From assembly GCA_028023455.1 (NCBI GenBank), contig JAQFVV010000004.1, positions 17,608,001 to 17,672,000 on the forward strand: a stretch of 64,000 nucleotides of DNA, given 5' to 3'. The notes beneath the pieces were generated by a model that was given only the letters and a program-made list of their open reading frames with translations, had not been told where the DNA came from and made no database searches. The DNA is from Epiperipatus broadwayi. Taxonomy: Eukaryota > Animalia > Onychophora. How positions within the stretch are numbered: position 1 is the stretch's first letter; each line of letters starts with the position of its first letter. A program made the position numbers and the translations under genes. Positions 26,838 through 39,954 of this stretch are shown piece by piece.

Positions 26838-27390
26838 AACTCTCCATACAGTAGAGCCACCAAGTGCAAGCTTTTGTAATCAATGCATACAGAAAGGTTT
26901 GTGCATCAAATTCCTATCTAGTGCCTACTCATCTAACACCCCCTAGTTTCTGGCTTTCATCAGTGAGGAAATGGTGATCATGTGATGTTTTGATGGTTTT
27001 ATACCTATCCTGCCCATAGGATAATGGAGACAGTGATTTTTGAAAACCCCAAGACACCAAAGTGTGTAGATGCTGAACTGAGTTCGGATCTATATGACTA
27101 TATAAAGTGAATGAGCTTGGAATTGGAAACATTATGGTATTTCCATCTTGGGCTCTTAGCTTATTGTTAACCAAATAGTTAAAAGGTGGTTTCTGGAGGG
27201 TTGCATTAGATCCTAAGATCTAGATGCAGTGATCTCAAATCCAAGGCTCTTCAATGATGCAAGCCACAAGCTGGAAAACTAGTCTGGTGATATAGATGTT
27301 AGGCAACAGTTAGGGATTTTATGCACAAACCATCCTGCATCCATTGAATACCGAAGCTTGCACTTGGTGGAACTACTGTATGGAAAGTTT
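26838..27390. mobile_element. Family A inverted pair, each arm with a decayed hammerhead
   Basis: Minus arm tcctcaCTGATGAaagccaGAAActagggg is internally deleted. Plus arm caATGATGCaagccacaagctgGAAAactagtctgg has a mutated core. Shared tails are inverted. Confidence 0.8.
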
Positions 27391-30005
27391 GGTACTTTTA
27401 TTTACTGTATTTTATTCTTTATAAAATAATATAAATGATTTTCACAAGAAAAAAATGTTAAAACTGGATATCTCTTATTAGTTAATTTACATAATTATTT
27501 TGCAACAACGCCCTAATATTTCTTTTTATCACTGTGAATAGTAAGTCAAACATCAACTTTATATTTTTAACTAAAGAATAAACCAATTTAATTTTAAATG
27601 ATGTATATTGCCTGACAGATATTAAGTGAAGATGTGTATCTGTGTGAATATCTTTTTTTTTTTTTGTATTTATACTTACAACAAAAGTAAATTATGATCC
27701 TAATATCCAAAAATCTAAAGTATTCAAACAAGATATCAGTCTGTGGCCAAAAGCAGAAACATTATTTGATTTTGGTATTTTATTTAGCTATCTACAACTT
27801 TAGACCATTTTCATGAAGAAAGATTAAAACAGATACAGACATAATATTATTAACAGGATACTTTTGCAAGATTTTAAAAAAATAATTGAGAAAAAAATGT
27901 TAATATTTTCCCGTGAGTGTTTGTTTTCTATATATTATATGTCAAAATAAATCATCTTTATTACTTTTTTAAATTAATATAACTAGAAATCAAAGAAATA
28001 ATATCTACATCATTTACTATATTTTTTTGATAAAGTATTTCCACGTTCTAATGATAAAATAAGAATTTCATTACATTATGGAAACCCATAGTAAGTCTGA
28101 TCTTATTTATATATGGACAGACTAATCACAAAATCAGTATCAAGAGAGAACAAATTCTTGCCAATGATGAGAAGAAATATAACGAGACAGAAATTTAGTC
28201 ATAAAATAACAAAACAAAATACTTTTTTTTTTTTTTATTAAAAAAAACAACATAATTCTTGAAAAAAATTGAACAATATGATTAAGGCATTACTAAAAAA
28301 AGATATAGAAATTTTTAAAAGGTCCAATAACATAGAAGAACAATGTGAAATAAATAAATAAAATGCTATCTGAAAAAATTGTCAAAGGAAAAACATGATT
28401 TCATATCCTCAATTTATACACTTTGAAAATAAGGAAAATAAATAAATGATTTTAAAAACATACATGATTTAAGAAAGCATAAGCTATGAAGAAGCTTACA
28501 ATTTGCTATCATATTGAAATATCATATACTTTTTTATTGCATTATTTCATGAAATTACTGCCATGTGGGAAAGTTTTTGGCTGACTTCAAAATGCATAGA
28601 AATAGAGTAGACCAACTTCTCTTTCAAAAGGATTTAAGTACAATTGATACTATTAGTTAAAACAGTTTCACCATATAGATAGAGTTTACTATTCAAAGAT
28701 CATAAGCATTTAACTTTCATCTGTGAAAATATTCAAATATACATTCGTATACTTTTCTTTTTATTCCAAGAATGTGTAGTGAAATGGAAGTCTTAAGTAT
28801 ATCTAAAAAAAAAAGGATATTACACATGGAAAAATAAAAATGAGTTATTCTATGTGTTTACTTTTAGCTGAAGTTTAACATTTGTATCTTGGTTAGGAAT
28901 AATTATTAATACCAAAAGTGTGATTCAGAAAGTTTGATATTTGTAAATAAAAGTGTAGCCAAAGCTTGATAAACCAATGAAAAAGCACAATCTGTTGGTT
29001 TATTAAGCTTTGACTGTGAATTACATTTACAAACCAGTTAGCTATTGGCAATTTATGGTTCAATATATACATAATAATAAATAATGAATAGAGTCTTAGT
29101 ACTCTTTTGCAGGTATGATTTAAAATTGATAAATGCTATTTAATGTTAAAAACACATATCAATCTCTTAAATCACACAATTTCATATAACATGTATGATC
29201 GTTAGGTAGTAAGTTAAGATTTGCCACAGTAAAATAGAAACAAAGTTTCTTATAAAAAGAAAATTTTTTCAATTTTTTTATTTTATGTTGTGAGTTTTAT
29301 AAACAATCGAAATTTATTTAATCACTGCATTAATGTTTGATAGTGTATGTAAGTATTGTAAAAAGAATCAAAATTGTCTTTATTTTTCATTGTATGTGTT
29401 TAATATTGCAAAGCTAATTTGATATAATATTTAATTACAATTGCTTGTTTATAACGTTCACATTGTAAAATAAAAAAAAGCCAACAAAACACGTATTAAT
29501 GTAAGAAAATAAACTGCTATTTTAGTATGGGTCCAGATGCTCAAACCCCTATCACACCTGATAATCATATGTATTTTGTGAAATGTAATTATAGAAAAGA
29601 TTATGTTTTTTATGTTCAATAGCATATATTAATTTTAAACTATGCATGCAAGAGAGTGGTGAGATTTACTCATGATTTATATTATACAAAATTAAAAGCG
29701 TGTGAAGCACTTGAAAGAGAAGCTATAGAGAGTGCAAAAAATATTAAACGCTAAGCACTTTCGAGGCCGTTTGCTCATATTCATAACAATAATGCGAAAT
29801 GCAGAACAGAGGAAAAAAAAATTTCGAAAGTATAATGCTATCTTGTAAAATATAAAAAGCATAACCTGCACCTATTGCTAAAGAAGTCCAAAAATCAAAC
29901 ATGTTACTCACTGGTAATTATCTAGCAATAACCATTCTTATAATACAATTATTATTATTAGGCAGTTACAGATGATTGGCTTTATCAAATGGTGCAGGTT
30001 AGACT

Positions 30006-30007
<2 letters not shown>

Positions 30008-30048
<41 letters not shown>
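30008..30048. repeat. (TA)n(CA)n microsatellite
   Basis: Direct reading of the sequence. Confidence 0.95.
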
Positions 30049-30719
30049 ATATAAATATATGTATTATTAAAATCAGTCAACACTTCGACAATCCCAATAT
30101 CAGTAACAAACAACAATCTCAACCTATTGTTTAAGGTAACATATATATTATTAATGTGGAATGCTTAATAATTAAAATAAAGTTAATTTATCTATAAAAG
30201 TATAATGTCCTAAAGGTTTACATATTACAATCTTGTTTTATTTGGTTACACAACTGTCCAGCTTGAAATTGATCCTACTTATTAGGCTAAGCAATTCATT
30301 AAAAAAGATTATGACACATAGGAAAATTGATGATAAAAGAAAAAGAATGATAAGTAATGAAATAAAATAAACTTGATCAATATAATAATAAATTTGCTAT
30401 TGAGGAATCTGAAATAAAAACAAACATATAAAAAGTCATTTGGGAGATATACCATTCATATAAATGGAAGGAATCAACTCAATAATTTCATAATGTGTTT
30501 AGTATTTAGAATAATCTAAGTTAACTTAATTACATATAATTCCTCTAGAATTAACTCTAACCCCACGATCAATAATTTAAGAACATTTTCATCAGCCATG
30601 TTGTGATGTACATATAAATTATGTATACATGCATATATAAATTACATGTTCGTTTTGGAATCTATATTAAAAAATATAAAAAAATAAAAAATTCAGTCAT
30701 AATAAATCTAAATAGTTAC

Positions 30720-30863
30720 CACTTTCATTAATTTCTAGAAGTTTCTCAGCAAATATTTCCAACATAGAAACATTTTCAGAATGTTTGACCATCATCAATA
30801 ATAACTGCGTAGCATAACCAGCACTAGCTGATTTACGAATGCGCATATCTTGATCAGAATCGC
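30720..30863 (-). CDS. VIRMA: Virilizer/VIRMA internal exon, 144 nt, phase 1 to 1
   Basis: Acceptor ctataacttttag, donor gtaact. Reads (G)DSDQDMRIRKSASAGYATQLLLMMVKHSENVSMLEIFAEKLLEINES, versus recalled human SKSKKSVAYNYACILILLVVQSSSDVQMLEQHAASLLKL. Confidence 0.86.
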
Positions 30864-30929
30864 CTAAAAGTTATAGCAAAATCAAAATCAATAAATAATA
30901 ATTCACAATATATATATAGTTTTAATTTT

Positions 30930-31750
30930 TTTGTAATTATTTAAATGAAAAAAATTTCTATGAATCCATTACAAACTGTAAATAAATTATTTAAAAATAC
31001 ACTTTTCACCATGAAAAATATGAAACAAAAGGTCTGCTTGACAGAGAAATGTAATTTTTTATTACTAATCAGAAATCAATACAGTAAATTTTATATTCTA
31101 ACCAAAGTCCATAAACCAGGCTGCCCTTGCAACCATATTATGACAAATGTTACTTGTTCTACAGAAATTTTTTTTCTGCATTTGTTGACAGCCTTATACA
31201 TGATATTCTGCCATCATTCAATTGTTATGTTTAAGATGCCACATACTTTCTATTTTAGAAAACACCAGTCCTCAATTACCAAATGAATGTTTTTAGTAAC
31301 TTTAGACATTATGTTATTAAATACTAATTGGAACTGAAACTATTAAATCTACTTTACAAAATAGGAAATATAATCAGCACCATATCATAACTATTACTGA
31401 ATTAACACATTTAATCTTAAAAAATAACTATTTTATTTTTAACTCTATATATTATAAACAAAAATAAGTACTATAATAGGTACAAAAATAGCATCAAATT
31501 ATGCTAACATTTTCATAGTCCAACTGGAGTGTTCTATATTTCGAAATGCCAAGTTTAAATCTCATACCTGGCTTAGATATATAAATAATAAGACCATATA
31601 ATGAGAAAAACATCACAATTTCTTCGATTATCTAAATAATTTTAATTAAAATATATAATTTTCAATGAATTTTTCTAAAACAGTAGCTCATTTTCTTGAT
31701 ATTGAAATTATATACAGTAATAAAATTCTTAAAATTAATATATATATTGT
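30930..31750 (+). mobile_element. Penelope-like element RT remnant, part 1
   Basis: ORF 30945-31286 has KFYILTKVHKPGCPCNHIM (cf. PLE FYGLPKIHKP..P.RPI). Later HFLDIEI (RT thumb). Confidence 0.7.
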
Positions 31751-31774
31751 AATGGTATGAAAAGTAGAGCTGCT

Positions 31775-31860
31775 TTAACCTAACCTAGAGATGCAGGTAG
31801 AGGGGGTTCGAACCTCATCTACTCCTCCAGATTGCTACTAAGTGACTTACTCACCAAACC
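31775..31860 (-). mobile_element. Possible tRNA-derived SINE head
   Basis: B-box GGTTCGAACCC followed by ctaggttaggtt. A-box is weak. Confidence 0.35.
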
Positions 31861-34429
31861 TCACTAGAATTTAATCTTAATGTATGCCCATTGGTCAGGG
31901 AGAGATAAGACCACAAAATGAATTTTAACAAGTAGATATATATAATGACCAGATTTATATATGTGTGTCACACAAAGAAAAACAAACAATACTACAGAGT
32001 TTTAATGATAGTGAATGACAGACAAAAAAACTTTTATTAATTATGCTAGCAAGATTCTACAAAGTTTCACTGATTGAGCTGCAGGCTATTACCCTACAAC
32101 CATATACAGATATATATGAAAAGTCCCTTCTTTTGTAATGATAATAACAGACAAAAATTTATATTATAAATATTTTTTTTAAAAAAAAGATTTCCAGCCA
32201 ATGGACAGGTTACATAAAATTCAAGAGAGAGACATAATTCATTAACTCTATGGATAGAGCACATGGTAATAAATAAATGGTTAAACCCAACTAAACACTT
32301 TTTTGACATATTTAAATCACAGCCCCCTACTAATGACTAAAGAAAATGAAATAGTGACCCCAGCGGAAATTTCCAGCTATGATTTAAACATTTCAATAAT
32401 ATTTTGAGAAAGATTTAAAAAATAAATATAAATATACAATATTGTGTCCTAAGGTGATAGCATATTGTGGACTGTGAGACTCTAGACATAGCAGCAACCA
32501 AGAGACTAATACAAGACCGGATAGCACCCTGTCTCTAAACTGGATTAGAGAAAATGGAATCCGTTCGCTAACCGTGTGAACCAGATTCAGAATACGGAGT
32601 TTTCTTGCTTATGTCCAGTCACATACATTGAAATATATGAGATCCAGAATTTTTATTTATTTTCATGAAGATCCATATGCAGGTATATTAGCCTAAGCAG
32701 ACTTGGTAAAAAAGAAACACTGAATACATGCCGAGACATCACAGATCACCCAGTGCACAATACAGATAAATATGGTCAAACGACCTTTAAATTTAAAAAG
32801 AAACCCTCTGCAAAATATATATATAAAACATTACTAAAAGCTCAAACACCACTAAAAAATCTGCAGAAAAATAATAGTAACTTTACCTTTTATAAAATTT
32901 AGATCACTAAAACAAAATGGGCGGATATTTTACTGTTTTAGTTGAAGTTTAACCTATTTACCCACAGAGCCAAACAGCATTTATAAAACTTTAATATATA
33001 TATACATATTTTCAAATGTACAGTCTCTTATTACAAAAAAAATTGCGAACATTTATTTTATTTCACACTCTTTAAAATAGAATTTTAAATTCGTAACCCT
33101 TCATTGACTAAAAAAAAAACAGATCAGGATTTTCCTTTTTTTTTTTAATATATATATATATAAAAACTAAATTAAAAATCTTGGAAGTTTTATAATAGAA
33201 TCTTTTATAGTTATTAACAGAATCTTTAGCAATTAAATATTAATTATAAGAATGGGATTTGCACTTTCTGCTATTTGCTTCCTCTCCTTCCAAAATAAAA
33301 TATCTATATAAAATAAATCCTGAGTTACAGGTGCGTAATGGCAGAAAGTTAAATGACACATTTTCAATTAAATTAATAAGAACTATGGCCACCATTATAT
33401 GTAATAAACCACTACCCATTACAATATTTTATTTTAAAAAAAGAAAAGAAAGCAATTAATAAAATATAATTTTACAAGACACAAACATATAGATTTCAAA
33501 AATATATATAAATAGAATAACAAAGCAGACACTTAAATTTACATTGAGGAAATATAAAACATATTTCAAATCATTGAATAGTTACTGGTAACTAGAAGGC
33601 TGGTGTAAAAATAAAAACTGTTAATGTTGCATGGCAGTCCTTTTTGAGTATTGATGTCTATTTCACATTCTCCATTGAAAGAATTAATTAAAACAGGTAG
33701 GGATTGGTCATGAACGTAGGGCAAGCATTGTAATTCCCTGGCTGGCTCACATGACTACGACTCCGGTTTCAGGAACGGGCAGGAGAACAAAGGCAAAGAA
33801 GATTACTCTCACATTTTTGTAGAATACCACATTTTGTGATTTATCGACATATATGCTGAACAAAAAGAAAAGATTATGGTTTGAAGAAAATGCAACAAAC
33901 TTTCTCAGTAAATTATCTTGTAAATTTGTCAGCCAACTTCTTTCCGAAAATTCTGAATAAAAACCTCCTCTTCAGCAAGGCTACAGTAAGCATAAGACCC
34001 AGAACAAAAGAAAAATTCTTTATTTATACCCATTTCAATTCTATTTTTAATTAAACTACTTATTAGTAGCCTATTGTTTTAAATTTTTCCCTATTATCTA
34101 TTTTTCTTTCAATTAAAATGTTTCATAAATTAATTGCATTCTTTAATGGATTCTGTTTAATTATGAAAATTTATCTTATCTATTTCTGCCATATTTAAAA
34201 AAATAGTTACAAATAAAAATTTAAATTTTGTATATTTTATTTCATTGATTTCTTTTTTTAAACACTTTCCCTCCTTAACTTACGTAATTATTTGTGCGGA
34301 TAATAATTTATTTTAAAAAAAGAACATACATTCACTGTGGTTGGACTTAGGGTCTTAACTAGTCCACAGTGAATGGCGAAGCCAGCATATATATATTTGT
34401 ATATATATGCACAGGTTCAATATAACAAA

Positions 34430-35150
34430 TGACTTACAACCATAACTATCTACATTTTCATAGTAACCATCCCAAGCACTTAAAAGCTAATATCCCCTAT
34501 AGTCAATTTTTAAGCATTAAAAGAATTTGCAGTGATGAAAAATTTCTACAACAAAAAATTTTTTTAAATAATAAATTTATAAATATAAAATATCCTAAAA
34601 CATAGTCGTATATGGCAATAATAAACTCTTCAAATGTTGCTAAAAAGGAACTTCTATCTAAGAAAAAAAAGTAACCAATTGGAAGTTCTATTACTAGTTC
34701 TTACTTTTAATAATGATTTACCTAATATTAACCATGTACTGGAAGAAACACTTTAACTATCAGATATCGAAGACACAAAACATTTAAGGATAGATTAGTA
34801 AAAACAAATTTTATTACTAATTTTTTTTAATCAGAAAAAGATTGCTTTTCATGTGATGATAAAATACATCTTACACACAAACATATTATTGTTACAAAAA
34901 TGGTCCAAGGTAATAATACCATTAATGATTTATATGATATATTCCCAACTATGTGTCAATGTAATACTTTTACTAGAATATAGCACATAAAAATGAAGAA
35001 TCACCAATTTTTAAACACTTCAATTTACTAAATCACTCAATTGATGATTTAAAAATGGCCATATTACAGAAAACCTTTTTCTCCACAAGAGAGAAAAAAC
35101 AAAAAAAAGGTTTTTTATTCATAAATTAAAAACTTTTATATCCTTGTAGT
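34430..35150 (+). mobile_element. Penelope-like element remnant, part 2 (continuation; Neptune-like)
   Basis: NYLHFHSNHPKHLKANIPYSQFLSIKRICSDE, LVLTFNNDLPNINHVL and YRRHKTFKDRLV are characteristic PLE RT-linker motifs. Confidence 0.75.
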
Positions 35151-35789
35151 ATCTATTTTCTTCATGTTCTATTTTTATTCGTTAATTATTATTTTATATA
35201 TAATGCAGTATTTTTTTATTGTATATACATTTGAGATTTAATATGAATACGTAATAATTTTTTGTACACATTATTTTTCTGTATACATAGTTTTCATTTG
35301 AGATGATCAAATTTTAAGCTTAAAAATTATCCATAATGTTGTTTTCTTTATAAAATTCAAAGCAATAATCAATCTTAAACAAAATTGATAATAGACAACT
35401 TAAAAAATAAAATATATTTAAAACCTCAAACCAGGTTGTCATTCCCTACAGGAACCTTACCAAGATGTCTCCTCTTTTACAATCGCAAAAAAACTATACT
35501 TTAGCAAATCCATCTGGTGGATATTATTTAAATATAATAAAAACACCAAAAGTAAAGTACATACATACACATAAAGTTTAATAAATCGTGTGAAAGGAAA
35601 CCAATCTTTTAGACATGCACTATTAGTATTAATTTGCATGTTTTCTCTCACATGATTTACATATGTAGATCACTAATACATTAATAAAGTTTAATAAATA
35701 GATAAAAGCTTATTACTGTCAAATTTTACAATATATAAAACAAATCTTAAAAAGAAAAGTATTTTAATAATACTTTTAGTTTACTAATA

Positions 35790-36250
35790 ATACAATAATG
35801 ATCATTTTCCATTTAATCATATTTACACATTTATTTATATTTTCCTGACTATATAAAGTTTCATATTTTCTTTCTTGGTAATTTTTAATATATTTTATTA
35901 AAATATTTTTCTCACAACTCATTCTATGAATGATATCTACAAAATGAATACATGATCCTGATTTTGTATCTTCTTTTAATTGCCCTATTATGTTCCTTAC
36001 CTCTTGCAATGATCATCTTTCCTGACTGAGCTATATATATCATAGTGCAATAATCACAATTAACTTTGTAAACTATCCCTATCTGATTTTTAATATTATC
36101 AATCATTTTAGCATTACATATCCATTTCTCTAAAAATTTATTATTTTTCCATTCTACTTTAATATCATCAGGTAACTTTTCGATATCTACTGAGTAATAT
36201 TGAAACTCATTTCTTGTCTTTATACATATGCTTATATTATTTCTTAACTA
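35790..36250 (-). mobile_element. Penelope-like element GIY-YIG endonuclease remnant
   Basis: ORF 35924-36106 GIVYKVNCDYCTMIYIAQSGK..IARGKEH matches the PLE GIY-YIG with CxxC and the R.KEH motif. Confidence 0.8.
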
Positions 36251-36646
36251 TTAATTTTTTTTTTTTATAATTTTTTTTTTATATTTGTTTTTGTATACAT
36301 TTTTTGCATAGACATATATATATATTACATGAATTAACTAACAATTAAAAAGTTTTTGTAATGTTGAATGGGAAAATAGTCAAAAATAGTGGGTTTTTTC
36401 ATTTTTTTTCCTTTTTTTTTTAAAAAAAAACTAAGATATTTATCACAATAAATCTGGAATTGATTGATTAAATTGTCATTAAAAAAAGTTTATTAACCTA
36501 AAAGATCAGACATGTAAATGAAAATGATTTTTTTATTAAGTTTTGAAAGTAATCATTTGGCACTATTTCCTGATGAAAACCAATCACCTGGTTGGAATAT
36601 TAATAGCAGTTGTGTAAACAAGTAATTGAGTGTTATATATATATAT

Positions 36647-37006
36647 GATCTCCAATATACATATTTCATGCAAAACTAGCATTTATCAGTTGGTCCAGAT
36701 CACCATCTCCCACACATATATACAATCAACACTCAATTTATATTAATACAGCAAATCATCACACTTTAATGGGCAAGGTTTAATCTCTTCTATCCAACTC
36801 TTCAGCCATCCACATCAGTGAAACATGACTATGACAATAATATTGGCATCAACAAAGGCTTTGAGCATTCCATCCTTGGCTTTTCAATAATATGGACAAC
36901 TGAAGAATTGCAGAGTGGAGAAGACTGTGAAGATTTGCTACTGTCATATAAATTGAGCACTGATTGTATATATGTGTGAGTGATGGTGATCTAGACAAAC
37001 TGATGA
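36647..37006. mobile_element. Foldback element with terminal hammerhead-like motifs (family B, copy 2), right arm truncated at the Gypsy LTR
   Basis: Homologous to 355-830. Minus-strand ccaa-CTGATAA-atgc..gcat-GAAA-tatgtaTA-ttgg at 36652-36693. Right arm stops at CTGATGA (37000-37006). Confidence 0.78.
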
Positions 37007-37016
37007 TATATATATA

Positions 37017-38730
37017 TTATAACGGGATTTGCCATTTTCCATATACATATTACGCATATATGTAGTCTTGTACGATTGCGTGTATGTATATATAACGATA
37101 CACGTATATGCGTAATGGTTTAAAAGAATATCTATTCTTAAATTATTCCATTTTATTGCCCAGCATATTTATAAGCATCAATTTATGACCTCAAGCGCCA
37201 ATCCCATATTTCTATAAGAATTATGCTGAGACAACTGGAATACCAATATGGAAATGCCCCTGGACTAGCTCCGCTCAGGGCTGGTGGTAAAATTTACCGG
37301 CAGTACATCTAACTCTCTCTTTTTTTTTTAATTTAAAAAAAAAAACTCATAACATAAAAACAAAACAAAAAAAAAACCATTCATTTTATATACATTTATT
37401 AGCTATGATATTTACGTATGTATATTAAAAAAAAATATTATTTACCTAAGTTAAATTAGTGTCTCTTTTAAACCATAGATTCATATCAGTTCTCTCTTTT
37501 CTTTGTTTGCTCCTTTCTCTTTTTGCCAAAACTCCCACACACACACATATGCTATTATATGTATTTTGCACCGAAGATTTAATTGGACTAATTTATACAG
37601 TAATAAATTCCGTAGTAAATAGTTTGAACTCTCCGGGCAAAGAAAATAAATTTTAAGTACACAATTGTGTCAAATAAACAGTTTTCTCAAATTCGTGGAG
37701 TAAGCTTACTAATAGTGCCATATATAGATGTAATTAAAAGAAAATACCTGGTTTGCCTAAGGAATTGATCGAATCCTCTTGGTGAAAATGGAATCTCCGG
37801 TCCTTTGTCGGTGAACGAACTTTGTTTTTTTTTTTTTTTTTTTTGAAGTTCGGGTTCCATGGCTAAAGTCTGTTTATTTATTTCTCTTCTGGCGATTCAA
37901 TATTGTTGCTTATTGAGGCGAATACTCCGGGCTTGACGTCCCTTCTCCGCTATCGGCAGCTGCTATACATTCGGGGGAAAATGATTCGGACTCTCCGCAC
38001 GTTGAAGCCTCTACCGCAGCCTGATCATATTTTATCAAAATGTATATCACGTTGACCATCCGCTTTCTTCTACCTCCAAACTTATACTCAATAATTAATT
38101 TAATTTTTCTTTTTATTCAAACTTAATCTTTCTTTTCACTCTTTTTTAAATTATATTTCCATTCACATTCCATATGCCTTTGTTAAAATGCACCACAAAA
38201 GCTTTTTACACCTATTTCTTTCCAATTAATATTAAATTAGTATTAGACATTCCACGTATTTATAATAATTACTTCCATTGTTCTGCAAAATTAGTCTTCC
38301 ATCTTGATATTTAAAGTTCTTTTGTTGACTTAATATGTATATATTTAAAAGTTTATCAAACAAAATATTTTTTATTTTTATTTTGTGAATTTTTCATTTT
38401 TAAGGGTCCAAAAACATACTCACACATATACATAGCGATGAGTATAGCTGGGTTTGGCAAAAAAGAGAAAAAATCAGAGCAAGTGTATAACCCCCCATAC
38501 CTCTTCTATGAGTTCTTTTTAATTAAAATAACTAAATCAATTCTGTACAACCACGCAAATGACCGTTGATTGTACATCAAACTGTAAATATTAATTTTGT
38601 TAGTAAAGTAATATATATTTTTAATAATACGTTAGTAACAAGATATATATATTTTTTAATAATGCATTAAGTATACGAATATTTATTTGTCTAATTATCA
38701 CAACAGGCATATACCTGCCCTGTTGCAATA
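37017..38730 (-). repeat. 3' LTR (~1.71 kb)
   Basis: Directly follows the PPT and aligns throughout with 43491-45379. Confidence 0.93.
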
Positions 38731-38740
38731 CCCCCCTCCC
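38731..38740 (-). promoter_or_regulatory. Polypurine tract
   Basis: GGGAGGGGGG abutting the 3' LTR. Confidence 0.85.
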
Positions 38741-38799
38741 GGAAGCCTTCAAATACGGTCTATGTATTTGAATGGCTCCTAAATATCATGAACCGTTCA

Positions 38800-39800
38800 T
38801 ATCGACATGAGGGAACGAGCATTGTATGATCCTTTTACCTCCTGCCCAGTATTCACCCAAAATGCATTATCCCCCTGATACTTAACAATAGGGAAAGGTC
38901 CCTCATACAAACTGCAAAACTTCTTACAGATAAATTTCCCCGGTTCGCTCACATGTGGGGTTTTCACCATGACTAGGTCACCACTTTAAACCGATGAGGC
39001 CTCTCCAGTGTATGTTTGTTTCTTTTCTGACTCCTTTTCAAAAGTGTATGATATACCTGCTTTTGGTTCTCCTCTACATTTATTGGCTTTTCCTTTGGTC
39101 CTGGTGTTTTGGCCTTGATTAATTTAGGGGCATATTTCCCAAATTGAAGCCGCAAGGGAGAGAACCCTGTGGATTCATTAGCTGCCCAATTTATGTAGTT
39201 CAGTATTTCTGGAATCTTTTAACCCAACCTCGGTGATTAGTTGGGATGTATGTCCTAAACAATCTACCCAACTCACACATCACCTGCTCACATGGGTTCG
39301 ATTGTGGATTCCTAATTGATGTCAGTATGTGTTGGATCCCTGACTTCTGAACCCATGCTTTCCATTCTCCAGAGATAAATGGTGTACCATGATCCGATAG
39401 GATGCTTTGAGGTTTTCCTATCACTGAAAAATATTCCTTTTCAAGGAGACGTATGGGGTTTCAGGTATTTGATTGAGTCATGGGATATGCAGCCACAAAT
39501 TTACTGAATAGATCATACACCACCAACAAGTGTTTTTTTTTTATTAAAGGCGGGCAATGGCCCATAATAATCTATCGCAATCATCTCAAGTGGATTCTTT
39601 GGAATTATGGAGGTCATTGGGCCTGCATAATTCCTATTAGCAGGCTTAGTTTTCTGGCAAAGTTCACATTGCCTGATTATTCTCACAACAGTCCAATGCA
39701 TGCCTGGCCAATAAAACCACTGTCTGAACCACTTTTCGGTTTTCCATATCCCATACTGTCCATATATTTGGTGGACATGAGTCACCACTGCATTCCGCAT
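38800..39800 (-). pseudogene. Gypsy integrase, broken by frameshifts and stops
   Basis: Zinc finger (H...WPGM...CELC), IDYYGPLP, SDHGTPF...NPQSNPCEQ, and a C-terminal LYEGPF module (~38890). Confidence 0.88.
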
Positions 39801-39954
39801 TTTCTGGGGTATTACAGGTCTCCAACTATCTGGTCCCCTTTTCGTTCTGTATTGGAGAACAGCTTGGTCAAGTTTGTATCGGTTGATCCAACTTCTGTAT
39901 TCATCAGTTTTTTTTTTTTGTATTCACTTTCAGTTGTGCAATTATTTGACTTAA

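Noticed and set aside
34329-34375. 12-bp hairpin considered as pre-miRNA or Helitron end
   Set aside because: Stem is too short for a pre-miRNA, and no matching 5' end or second copy was found.
36560-36610. Lone hammerhead-like CTGATGA with a 5-bp stem (aacca/tggtt)
   Set aside because: GAAA is not intact and stem I does not pair at the cleavage junction. At most a decayed relic.
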